64,000 nucleotides of DNA, from the NCBI GenBank assembly GCA_964016885.1, contig OZ024740.1, positions 234,050,001 to 234,114,000 of the forward strand, written 5' to 3'. The stretch is from Eledone cirrhosa. Taxonomy: Eukaryota. The notes under the pieces are model-generated. The model searched no databases. It was not told the DNA's origin and worked only from the letters and a program-made list of their open reading frames with translations. Below, piece after piece: positions 1-12,856 of this stretch. Position numbers and translations under genes: made by a program. The first letter of the stretch is position 1; each line of letters begins with the position of its first letter.

Positions 1-53
1 TACATGTAATCTCCTTATGATATATATATATTTTTGTTTGTTTGTTTTTGTAG

Positions 54-207
54 CAGTCAACTAGATGTCAATGGAATTGGTTATAACCCGAAGTCATACT
101 GTTTGGATTGTGAATGTTCTGATTACAGTTTAACCTGTGGTGGTGATGGTCGAACCTACAGATCCCCGTGTCATGCTGGTTGTCAACTATTTGATATGAG
201 CACTTTT
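54..207 (+). CDS. SLCO/OATP organic anion transporter, internal exon (Kazal-like extracellular loop)
   Basis: Encodes YCLDCECSDYSLTCGGDGRTYRSPCHAGC, the OATP Kazal-like motif. Acceptor tag at 51-53 (alternatively cag at 54-56); donor gtaagt at 208. Confidence 0.88.
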
Positions 208-373
208 GTAAGTTTTCAAACATTTCTGTTACTTATACTATCCTATAAAGCAGAGGTTCTCAAATATTTGGTCCCTGTCCCCTCACGGCCACGTAATACC
301 CTTACTGCTTCCCTATTTCCAGAGAGACCAAATTGTAAATAATATATAAATAAAATCGTTAATTTATATATAA

Positions 374-542
374 CTAGACCACCCGTGACCCGTTGGGTCA
401 CGTTTGCATCAAAATAGATATTTAATATACTATTATATCTCTACTGGCCCGTTAGGCCACAGAAATTTGTAGAAAAGAAAACAAATTTCTACAAATTTCA
501 TACTTGACGACCCAATATTTTGTTATTATCTACTTATATAGA
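374..542 (-). mobile_element. Short non-autonomous Helitron
   Basis: On the minus strand it starts A|TCTATATAAG and ends with the hairpin cgtgacccaacgggtcacg...CTAG|T. Confidence 0.65.
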
Positions 543-624
543 TTTTTGTTTGTTTTAGTAGCTCCATTTATAGATACACATAAGTGAAAAGGTTTACATA
601 TTAATCAGCCTTTCTTATTTTCAG

Positions 625-782
625 CAATATTCCAATTGCTCTTGCATTGGTGGGATGGGCACAGCTACTTACGGCGCATGTCCAACAGACTGTAATGGTG
701 GTTTGTACATAACGATTCTCACTTCATTACATTCATTATTAGTAGGAATCACAACCAGTCCACATACGATCATTGTACTAAG
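625..782 (+). CDS. SLCO/OATP exon
   Basis: tttcag acceptor; QYSNCSCIGGMGTATYGACPTDC...PHTIIVLR; gtatgt donor at 783; in frame with the preceding exon. Confidence 0.88.
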
Positions 783-841
783 GTATGTTATCTTGTTTTC
801 TTTCTTTTTGTTTTACATCGCAAACACACGCACACACATAC

Positions 842-912
<71 letters not shown>

Positions 913-1421
913 TGAAAATAGACCGTAGTCTGCTGATTATCATTGGTATTTCTTCGCATTAAAGACCAGATACCTCAAAATCAGTGCGAGCGATAACTAA
1001 GATAAGTTATCGTGACAGAGCGAATTGGAAGGGGAAAGTAAACAAACAACATGGTAGTAATGCAACGTAAAGAGAGGAAAAGAGAGACGAGTCAATGAGT
1101 CTTGTGGACTTAAGTCCGAACAAATCAATCGACGAGAAGAGACAGACACGTCCGAACCACGCGAAAAGTGAGAGAGAAAAGGATTTCACACAAGTCAGAC
1201 GGGAGGAAGTGAGAGAGGGTGAGTAGCAGAGAGTGAGTGAGTGAAAGTGTGAGGAAGAGGCCAGCCGAGAGAGTTTGTGACCAACAGCGGGGGTGAAGGG
1301 AAGCAAGAGGTACAAGGAGAGAGAATGAGGTTAGCAGTAAGGTGATAGAAAAAATACGAACCACAGCGAGGGTAAAACATTATATGTGAATGAAAAAATG
1401 GCATGCTGCGTTAATGCGAGT

Positions 1422-1545
<124 letters not shown>

Positions 1546-2465
1546 GTTCAAGATCAAAAAAGACAAACTAAGAGCGCTCAGAATTATATATTGCAGCGAA
1601 TAGGAATAAACGAAATTAATTTTAACCTGTTGACTTACACTTCTTGTTTTAAATTACTCCGGAGGAGACAGACTCACCTTCGTTGAGTGCTTTAACCTGC
1701 ACACTGAAGTGTCGGTAAGCAACCAACCCAAACTCAAATTTATACATATATATATATATATATATATGCAAAATTAAATTAAGGGTGTCATGCCTGAGAG
1801 ATATGCGCCATATATATATATATATAAATGTAAGTATGCATGTATGTATATTTACATACATATATGTATACAGACGTACAGTAGTATGTACATATATACA
1901 CACATGCACACATATATATATATGCACGTATCGGTTTACCTAACATTTATTATAATGCTCAGTTTGTTTGCTTGTAAACAAACAAACAGCCCGAACTACG
2001 CCGTACAGCGTTTAGGCAACCACGTCACCTTTCTGTTCAACACTGACACAGGAACGATTTTCAAGCCCATTAGCCATCGTCAGCATCGTATACCGTCCTG
2101 CCAGATGGTTGAACGTCTGAAAGTATATACTTTCCTTAGGCATATTAACGGCTGAGCAGTCTAATTTGCATATCGAGTGAGTTCAGTCGGCTGGGCGCAT
2201 CGAAAACCATAATTGGAATAGAATGGAACGAAATTTCATTTCTCACTCTTAGTACGGGACTTACTTAAATGTAAGTATGTATGTATGTATACGTACATAC
2301 ATATATCTATACAGACGTACAGTAGTATATATATATACACACATGCACACATATATATATATATATATGCACGTATCGGTTTACCGAACATTTATTATAA
2401 TGCTCGGTTTGTTTTAAGTAAGTGCCGTACTAGGAGTGAGAAATGAAATCTCGTTTCATTCTATT

Positions 2466-2592
<127 letters not shown>

Positions 2593-2692
2593 TCAAGTTA
2601 AGTATGTTTTGAAAACAGTGAGCGAGTTTGAAAATTAGAAATATAAGCTTTCATCGTATTTTTGACTATCAAATATACGGTGAAAGCTTATA

Positions 2693-2761
<69 letters not shown>

Positions 2762-3254
2762 TAAACGGAATAGAAAATGCTGACAAATTGTTCACAGTTG
2801 AAAAATGGTTTAATTAGGAATAAAAGAGTATTAGTGATTGTATGGGTTAGTATTCAGTTGTGGTTTTAAGTTTTTAAGTTTTTACCGGTTGCGCATTTCT
2901 AAATGCTTTTCAAAAATAATTTTGAGATAGAGTGTCCGTGCTGTTTGCTCTGATCTGATTAGTTTTGGGAATTCTACCTGTTTTTATGTTAAAAAGGTGG
3001 CTCCAGCGTAATTTTTGTGTTGCAAAAATGCTTGTGGTCAAAACAATTTTGATTGGTCGGTAGAGGTCATGTGAATGTAAAAAGTTGATTTTGCGCCAAG
3101 ACTGTTTTTATGTTAAAATGTTAAAAAAGTGGCTCCAGCAAAAATTATTGGTCAAAACAATTTTGATTGGTCGGTAGAGGTCATGTGGATAAAAAATTGG
3201 TTTTGCGCCAAGATTGAGAAATGACTCTTTCACAACAAATATGTGTGTGTGTGT

Positions 3255-3312
<58 letters not shown>

Positions 3313-3381
3313 TAGTAGTAGTAAGGTGTTCGATGCTGCGACAATGGCCAGCAGCGATGTGTGTCAAATGGCTATTAAGAT

Positions 3382-3466
<85 letters not shown>

Positions 3467-3849
3467 GCAGAGTCATTCGAAGGTCAAAAGATATTTTTCA
3501 GCTTTTGTCTTATACGGAGAAGTGCGTGTGTGTGTGTGTGTGTGTGTGTATAAGTCTCTTTGTATGTTGATGTACGCGTGTGTATGTGTTTGTGTATATA
3601 TGTGTGTGTGTGTGTGTGTGTGGCTGGACCAGTATTTTTTCCCCCTGGTAAAATGGTGTACATTATTCGATTTTTTCAGTAAAATCGGTTCTCTTAATAG
3701 AACATCAAAAATCTTAACAATAAAAGGTGTGAAATGATATTCACCATATATACACACACACACACTCACTACATATATATATATATATATACATATATAT
3801 ATACATATATATGCACATATATTTTTTTGTATTGCACCATAGAGCATGT

Positions 3850-4460
3850 GTGTTTACGTGTGTCATTGTGTTTATATGTGGGTAGAGATGTGTGCTGATG
3901 TAGGTATGTATGTTGACGTGTGTATGTTGTGGGTTCGTCTTAGGGAGAAGTGTTTAGACGGGGTCTGTATTTGTTAATGAAGTAAGATTCCTTGCTGATG
4001 CGCTGGGTGTGGGTGGCATTATCTTTAAATTTGTAGAGGGGAAAGATTCTGAAGTTGGGATGATTTTGGGCGGCACAGGTATCAATGTGTTCACTCAGTG
4101 GTATTTTCCTGTATTCCCGTATTTTAATTTGGGATCTATGGACAGTCATGCGTTGGCGGAGGCTGTTTTTGGTCTGGCCTATGTATTGTTCTCGACAACC
4201 TGAACAAGTTATTACATATATTAAATTTTCCGATGCACATGTGAAATTGTGTTTTACTATAAAACGTTGTCCATCTTTGAAATAGAATTCCGAACCCTCT
4301 ATTAGGTTGATGCAAATGCCACAGTTGGGTCTATTGCATTTTTTTACTGTGGGTTTCGTTGTTGTGGTTGGCAGTACTTTGGCATGTGTTAAGATGTTTT
4401 TCATTGACTTGGATTGTCTTTTGCTCTTTATGATATATATTTAGTTTTGTTGGTTTACCA
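3850..4460 (-). mobile_element. Penelope-like element fragment, C-terminal GIY-YIG endonuclease (Neptune-like)
   Basis: ORF 3940-4404: KCNRPNCGIC...NLIYVITCSGCREQYIGQT...RMTVHR. Confidence 0.82.
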
Positions 4461-4629
4461 CTGGATAGAACTGGTCATTCCGTATGGTCAACCTCGATGT
4501 AATATTATGGAGAGCACTCAACGTAATACAACTCACCCGTCTTCGTTTAAGTAGTTGGTGGTGCGAGTACGGAGTTAATTATTATAAAATAACAGGAGGC
4601 TGGACTGGTGTAAATCCTTGGAAGGTTTC

Positions 4630-7600
4630 TGTCCGTCTGGAGGTCTGGACCGAACCAGACCCCTAGCAATTTAATCGGTTCGTCCGTCCAGCACCCGACG
4701 ACGCTGTTGGACGGCACAGACCTGCTTCTCCAGGTGCTGAGCTGCAGGCCCACCGACTTTGTCTGGTAGATCATTGCTCCTCTCACCGCCTCGTATTCTA
4801 TTAGTGTAGTGCCGATCGCCTCGATGTGTTTGGCGTTCGACACCACTATGGTGACATCGTTCGCATATGCTGACACGGATCTTCCGCATCCCAGTTCACG
4901 CGGGACACCCTCAACGCCTCCAGTTTGTGCAGTAATGGCTCGAGAGTCAATACGTACAACGGGGACGAGAGGGGAAATCCTTGGAGAACCGAGCGCATGA
5001 TGTTTAACGGTTCCGAAAGGTGACCGTTGACTCTCACCACAGAGCAGATGTGGCTGTGCATAGATCGAGCCTCTGAAGACGAGCCCAAGGCCAGCCGCCT
5101 ACAGGACTGCCGCCAAATAACGATTGTCGATCCTATTGAAAGCTTTCGACTGATCTAAATTGACCAAGGAGCCACCCGTGCCAGGTTCCCTAGCTACACT
5201 CTCCACGATGTATCGCATGAGGTGGAGGTTGTCGTGGATGGATCTGTCTAGAATGGCGAATGTCTGCGCCTCTCCTACCACACCACCAACGACAAGCGCC
5301 AACCTCTTTGCTAGCACCTTGGCCAAAATCTTGAACTCTGTGTTTAGCAGAGTTATGGGCCTGGAATTATATATGTTATCCCCCTTGTTCGGATCCTTTC
5401 TCAGCAGTGCCACTGCTCCTCGGCTCACAGAGCTGGGAACTCTCCCGTTCTGTTGCCAGTTGCAGTAGACGTTCGCCAAGATGTCTCCGAACAAGTCTGG
5501 CATGTGTACGTAAAATTCGTAGGGCAGACCATCCAAACCAGACGATTTACCCCTTGTGCAGCCAGTCATTGCCTCCCGTACTTCAGCGGTTGTTATCGGC
5601 TTTTTGCAATACTCCGCCTCAGTGGCCGAGAGCCACGGCAACCGTCGAGGTAGGCACTAAAATCCTACCCGCGATCCGGCCCACCGCTGCCCCCGTACAG
5701 CTGAGCGAAGTGTCGCTGAAAAGCTTCACACATTTGCCCGGGATCAAGTATCATGCGCCTGTCGTGGTCCATCAAAGACCGGATAGTGGCTTTGTTGCCA
5801 TGACGCGCCTCCGCCACTCGGGCCCATTGAACGGCTTTCGTCCCCTGGTGTCTGAGAGCACGCACCCTAACTCTGACAACGCATCCTTCGTGCTTTGCAT
5901 TGAAGAATTGGTGGAGGGACAATTTAGCCGCAAGCACGTCGGTCACGAAGCCTTTACTAAGCGCCTCGTCTAATTTTCTAACTAGTTCTCCCTCTGCTCT
6001 ATTTTTCTCTATTTGTAACGACTTGCTAAACCTAATGGATTCTATTCTAATCGCTCTTTTCAGAGCAAACCACCATTTGTTGTTGACGATGGCCCCAGTC
6101 AACGCCCGCTTAACTAGTTCGGTTATCCGGTCTCTGTAGGCCTTGCGCGATGTTAACGACGCGTTTAGCTTCCAGTAGCCGGGTCCCTGTCTTTGAAGCC
6201 TATCTAAGTCAACCTCACAGATCACGAATTTTTGGTCTGTGTAGTCGACTATTTTGAATTGTGGACAGCCTATGCTAGACCTATTTATTTCCCTACAAAA
6301 TACCCTATCTAGATATGATCTGGATGACCTGATACGGTTTGTCCATGTTCACATTGGCACATTCGGGAAATCCAGACGGTACCTGTCAGACAGTTGAAAA
6401 CGTCTGAGCAGATTTGAGAGGCTTTTACACCCTCTTCCCCTATCCGCTAATCCCACACAGTCCCAGCGTGCATCTAAGATCCCGTTCCAGTCGCCCACTA
6501 ACACTAAAGAGCGAGACGTTCCAAGAAAAGTCTCCAGACGCCGGAAGAAATCTGGCCGCTCTGCTCCTGTCGGTAGACGACCACTAGCCTGAAAGCTTGC
6601 CTTTCTCCGCTGGTCACGTCCAGCACCACCAACTTACCTTCTGCTCCAGGAAGATGGCCCGTATAGTGAGATCCAAGCCTCTCCGAAAAAGTACAGCAAC
6701 TGCTCCCACCTATCCTGGACGGCTGGGAGATGCGTATACATCGTAGCCGCCGCAGATCGGTGCGAAGGCTCGTGCTTCAGAGATTCTGGTCTTGTTGATG
6801 GCCACCACATCTATGTTTAGTGACCTGAAGTCGTTGAGAAGGTGGCCCTGCTTCCATGACGACCTCAGACATGCGCATTTATGCTGCCTATTCTGAGTAA
6901 GGTGGTGTTGAAATGGCGTGGAAATAGATGGGAAAGACCACTTACCTCGCTTCTTGTGGAGGGAGGATGGTTTTGCCGTCCTTCTCACAGTTTGTGGACC
7001 CCTCCGGCAGGATGTCTTCATAAATCGTGTTTGTGGGAAGTCTCTGATGTCTTTTGGGAATTTTAATTTTAGTGTCGTGTAAGTTTTCTGTGTGATGCGA
7101 GTGATTTGTATGTGTGTGGGTGGTGTGAATTTTTGGGGTGTTATATAGTCTTTTTCTGAGATCCTGGTGTTGTATTGGATGTAGTGTAATAATTGGTTAT
7201 TGTTCAAATTTAATTGTTTCTACTATTGGCACAAGGCCAGCAATTACCCAGTACATTACTGGTACTTTATTTTATCGACTCCGTAAGGATGAAAGGCAAA
7301 GTAAACCTCGGCGGGTTGTTGTTCAAATTTAATTGTTTCTACTTTAGGCACAAGGCCAGCAATTACCCAGGGCATTACTGGTACTTTATTTTATCGACCC
7401 CGTAAGGATGAAAGGCAAAGTAAACCTCGGCGGTTGTTGTTCAAATTTAATGCTGTGTAGTGTGTATCGTTTTGGTTGCTTTGTTTTGTTTGCGTTTGTT
7501 GTAGGTTTGTTTCTCTTTCGCTTGTTGGTGATTTTGTGGTGTTGGATTTTTGTGGTTGTTGGTTGAACTTTTTTGTTAGTTTGTTTGTTTGTTTCGCCCT

Positions 7601-8960
7601 GCATCATTTTGTTTTTTTGGAGGGTGAAGGAAGGGGAATTTTTTTCTTTTCTAGTTTTTTTTTTTTTCTTTTTTCCAGATACAATTTCCCACTCCTCCTC
7701 ATCGTCACAGTCTGTCTCCAGTCGTGGGAGGTCGGGGAGTGGAAAATCCTCCACAGGCGTTGGTTTTGGTTGTGGAGACGCTGGTGCTAATTCTGGCGCG
7801 ATGGGTGGTGGTGGTGTTGGTTTTGCTACTATGCTGCTACAGTTGCTGCTGTTGTTGCTGCTACAGTTGCTGCTGTTGTTGTTGCTACAGTTGTTGCTGC
7901 CATTTCTGCTGCTGGTTTTGATGGTTGAGTTACTGGGGTTGGCAGGAGAGGTGGCGTCAACTTTTTGGCCTGAGGGCAGAAGGCCTTTAGATGGGTCCCT
8001 TCGCCACAAACGACACGACTATGCCTTCTACCCTCAACGATTACGGTGAGGTGGCTGCCGTCATTGAGATCTATCACCTCCGGAATTTCCTGTATGTTTT
8101 TTTTTTTGGTCCGCTTGGATCAGGAGCTCCATTCCAGATCCGGACCAGTTCTCCTGTTTTATTTTGAGCACCTCGATTACTTTTGTGTCGGCCTCGATCT
8201 CGCTGAAGACGGCAGCCATTAGCCAGGGAATTTCAATGGCCGGAGGAACCTGGGTCACCCTGATCCTTACCATCCTCTGACCACAATAGCTAGAGACGAG
8301 TGTGAACTCGTCACTTTTTTAATGGGGCCATGGAGTGCTCTCTGGCTTCCTGTGGGGTTCCAAAGAACACGTCCACAGTTCCATATATTTGCACACGTCT
8401 GATGTGGGTTTTTTGATCCCACACATGTCCCAAAGCTTTTTGTATCTGGGACTCAGATGCCCGTTCCACTCGGCGTGTTTTAATATTTATTGTGCGATAT
8501 GATACGGTGCATAGGCGCCGATGCTTCATAGTATTAGATCGGCGGGGGGAGGCTGACCCTGTAACCATATTTTTTTACCAATGGCTTCATTCAATTCTTC
8601 CTGGCTTACCTCAACTTTTTCGTTTTTGTTTGCCGCTTTAGCAAACGACACATTTGGTTTTGCACTGGTGTTGATGTTCTTGTTGTTATTCTTATTGTTG
8701 CTGTTGTTGCTGTTGTTATTTTTGTTATTATTATTTTTAGTTTCAGTTGTGGTGGTGGTGGTGGTGGTGATGGTCGTGGTGGTGGTGGTGTCACTGGCGT
8801 TCGGCGTGGAAGAGTCGATTTTGGGAGAATCCATTTCGATATCACGAGATAATAATTTATTTTTTGTTTCAGTTGTTGCTGTGTTGGTGGTGGTGGTGGC
8901 GGTAGATGTTAGTCTGTTAGAAACGCTGTCAGCAGATTTGGGTAGCTGAATGCCGTACAT
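4630..8960 (-). mobile_element. Tx1/L1-clade LINE copy A (ORF1, APE endonuclease, RT; degraded, 3'-truncated)
   Basis: ORF1-like low-complexity and Zn-knuckle-like segments at 7400-8960; GPGYWKLN (end of EN); RPITLLNTEFKILAK, DQSKAF, QG-PLS and AYAND (RT motifs); multiple frameshifts. Confidence 0.88.
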
Positions 8961-8961
8961 A

Positions 8962-11900
8962 TTTTTTTTTGCAAAGAAATTTTTGTTTGATAAAAGGAAG
9001 TTTAAATTATGGGCTCAAGGCCCCAATATTATTGAGTGTCCTTTTCAGAAAGCAATATATATGAACTTATAAACACTTAACAACAAAATATGTTCCATAA
9101 CTGGCAATTTGAAACAACTGAAAACAACAAACCTTTCTACAGGACGGTTTCGTCGCTTTGTACAGACGGTTTCGTCGCTTTGCGCGCATCTCGGACAGAC
9201 TCGGTTAACGGCACTTCCGTGCTTGTAGAGCTTATCTCGAACCGGCAAAGATCCCCGGTAGCACTTCCAGGCCAAGGATTTCTGGAAGTTATCCATAGGC
9301 CGTGGGCTGAAAGTTCTCCGGAAGAGAGCAAACAGCTGATTTTCTTCGACGCCCAGGATCTCTCCGAGAACGTCGTCGCTCTTCCCCTCCACTAGTCCTC
9401 TATAGAACGCCGACATGGATATTCCACCGATACGGGTGCCCAGCTGGCAGAGGGCAGTGAGCACCTGGAGACATTCCAGTTTCCAAGCGCTATCCCTCGG
9501 TCTTTTCCTGAACCTGGACTGCAGTTCCGTTAAGGAGACGAGCTGTGGAAGAACGGCGACCACACCTGTTCACCGTCAAGGAAGCACCAGAGATGTCGCA
9601 GCCTCAGCGCATGTTTGCGCATCATCAGCCATGGCATGCCCAGTCCTCCACGCAACGGGTGTTGACAGCAGATAGATCATCCCTTCCACAAAAAGCGGAA
9701 GAGGAGGCCCTCCATTTTGGTGATAGTTGGGCCGGGGCAAGGGACGACGGTGAGGCGGTAGCAGATGACGGATTCGATGTACGCATTCGCCACCTCCGCC
9801 CGGCCTTTCAGTGACAGCTTTCTCTCGGCCCGTTTCTGGGTGAGAGAGGCCATCCTGATCATCACCTCGCTCCAGTTTTTCTCCATCTGGAGGTCCGGTC
9901 CGAACCAGACCCCGAGCAATTTAACCGGTCCGTCCGTCCAACGCCCCACGACCCTGTCGGACGGCATGGACTTGCCTCTCCAGGTGCCGAGCTGCAAGCC
10001 CACCGACTTTTTCTGGTTTATCTTTGCTCCTGTCACCGATCCGTATTCCTTGAGAGCGGTGCAGAGTATCTGGACGTGTCTAGTGCTAGCACCACCACGG
10101 TGAAGACGTCGGCGTAAGCCGACTCGGAATCCCGCATCCTAGTTCGCGTGGGACGCCCCTCATCGCCCCCATTTTGTGCAGTAAAGGCTCGAGAGCCAAT
10201 ACGTACAAGAGGGACGAGAGGAGACAACCCTGGCGGACCGAGCGCATGATGCTGAACGGCTGCGCCAGGTGCCCGTTCACCCTCACAACTGAGCAAATGT
10301 CGCTGAACATCGCAGCGATCGAACCCCTGAAAACGGGTCCGAAACCGGCTGCCTCGAGGACCGTCGCCAGATACCGATGGTCGATCCTATCGAATGCTTT
10401 GGATTGATCCAAGTTGATCAGGGCCCCACCCGTGCCAGGTTCCTTAACCACCCTTTCTACGATGTATCGCATGAGGTGGAGGTTGTCGTGTATGGATCTG
10501 TCAGAAATGGTGCATGTCTGCGCCTCTCCCATCAGACCCTCGACGACAAGCGCCAACCTCCTTGCTAACACCTTGGCCAAAATCTTGAACTCTGTGTTTA
10601 GCAGAGTTATGGGCCTGAAGTTATCGATAACATCCCCCTTGTTCGGGTCTTTTCTCAACAGGGCCACCGCTCCCCGGCTCTCAAAACTGGGAATGCTCCC
10701 GTTCTGCTGCCAGTTGCAGTAGACGTCTGCCAAGAGGTCACCGAACAAGTCTGGCATAAATGCATAAATCTCGTAGGGCAGACCATGGCGATTTACCCCT
10801 CGTGCAGTTAGCCATCGCTTCCCGTATTTCACCGGCAGTTATTGGCTTTTTGCAACACTGTGCTGCGGTCGTCGAGAGCCGAGGTAGTCCGTCGAGGAAT
10901 GCACTGAAGTCCATACCTCGATACGGCCCGCCGCCGCCCCCAAACAGTTCAGCAAAGTGCTGCTGAAAAGCCTCACACATCTGCTCGGGTTCGAGCAACA
11001 CGCACCCGTTTTGGTCAGACAAAGACCGAATTTTGGCTTTGTTGCCACGTCGCGCCTCTGCCACCCGGGCCCATTGGACGGCTTTCGTCCCCTCGTTTTC
11101 AGAGCACGCGCTCTCGCTCTAGCCTTCGTGTTTTGCGTTGAAGAATTGGTCGAGTGCCAATCTCGCCGCAAGCACGTCGGGCGATGCCTGTCTTAAACGC
11201 CTCTTCTAGCTTTCTGACTAGCAGCTCTCCCTCTACTCTATTTTCCTATATCGCTACTCCTTTGCTAAACCTAATCGACTCTACTTTAATTGCCCTTTTC
11301 AGGGCAAACCACCACCTGTTGTTGACGACCGCTCCCGTCAACGCCCGCTTAACTAATACGCTAATCCGGTCTTTGTAGGCTTTGTGCGCCGGGAAAGACG
11401 CGTCCAGCTTCCAGTAACCAGGTCCTTGTCTATGAAGTCTGTCTATGTCGATCTCAAGGATCACAAATGTGTGGTCTGTGTAGTCGACTATTTTAAATTG
11501 TGGACAACCTATACTAGCCTTATCTAGTTCCCTGCAGAATACCCTATCTAGATACGATCTGGATGACCCGATGCAGTTTGTCCATGTCCTCATTGGTACA
11601 ATCGGGTGATCCAGTCGATACCTGTCAGACAGTTCAAAACGTCTGAGCAGGTTGGTGAGGCTCTAGCACCCTCCTCGCCTATCCACTAGCCCTACACAAT
11701 CCCAGCGTGCATCCAAGATACCGTTCCAGTCGCCCACTAACACTAGAGAGCGGGACGTTCCCAGAAAGGTCTCTAGACGTCTGAAGAAATCTGGCCGTCC
11801 TGTCCCTGTCGGGGCATAGACGGCTACTAGCCTGAAAGCGTTGCCTTCGGTGCCGTTCACGTCCAGCACCACCAATTTATTTTCTGGGTCCAGGAAGATG

Positions 11901-12056
11901 GTCCGTATGGCGAGACCCAAGCCTTTCCGAAACAACACAGCCACTCCGCTCCCCGCTCCCGGACGGCTCGGAGATGCGTACACCTCGTAACCGTCGAAGA
12001 TCGGTGCGAAAGCTTGCGTTTCGGAATTCTGGTCTCACTGATGGCCACCACATCTA
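8962..12056 (-). mobile_element. Tx1/L1-clade LINE copy B (EN, RT, zf-RVT and 3' end)
   Basis: LVAVYAP and VGDWN (EN); RPITLLNTEFKILAK, QGCLLS and AYAD (RT); CPRCAQSDET zinc finger; T-run at 8962-8970 may be the poly(A) tail. Confidence 0.9.
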
Positions 12057-12562
12057 TAATAAGGGTTTCTTATATAGGCACAAGGCCAGTAATTTGGGGG
12101 GAGGGGAAAGTCGATTATATCGACCCCAGTGCATGACTGGTACTTTTTTTATCGACCCCATAAGGATGAAAGGCAAAGTTAATCACAGTGGGATTTGAAC
12201 TCAGATTATAAAGATCCGTAACTCTATACTGCAAAGCATGGCGTCCGACCTATAATAATAATACTAATAATGGTTTCTTTATTGGCCACAAGGGCTAACA
12301 TGAAGAAAAATATTACAGACGGCACACGACGATACAAAGTGGGTTGTGGCCGTGTAAAAAGGTTATAAAAGACAGAAACGTGTAAAATAAACTGATCGGC
12401 AGTGAAACGTACGTAATATGTAATTAAATATGTACATGATGCAATTCTGCATACTTCTTGTTTTAAAATTACTTCGGGGTAAACAGACCCACCTGCCCAC
12501 TTTGTTGAGTGCTCTACCCTGCATATTGAAGTGTAGGTAACCAACCAAAACATACTCAAATT

Positions 12563-12593
<31 letters not shown>

Positions 12594-12812
12594 ATAGTTG
12601 TCCCCTCGTTATCGAGTATGGCCATTGCACGATATACCATTATTAATAATTATTAATTAATTCTATCGTACAATGCCTGTGCGTGAAGATATTTTTTAAA
12701 GTGAGGAAAGACTGTGCACTGAGCCAATCCCACTCTCTAAGCGACAGTAGCTATAACCCGAAAAGAAGAAAAGATCAACATCATCGGAAACTACTGGAAA
12801 CTGGGATAACTC

Positions 12813-12855
<43 letters not shown>

Positions 12856-12856
<1 letters not shown>

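Noticed and set aside
2990-3220. ~118-bp tandem duplication
   Set aside because: An ordinary local duplication with no coding or structural signal.
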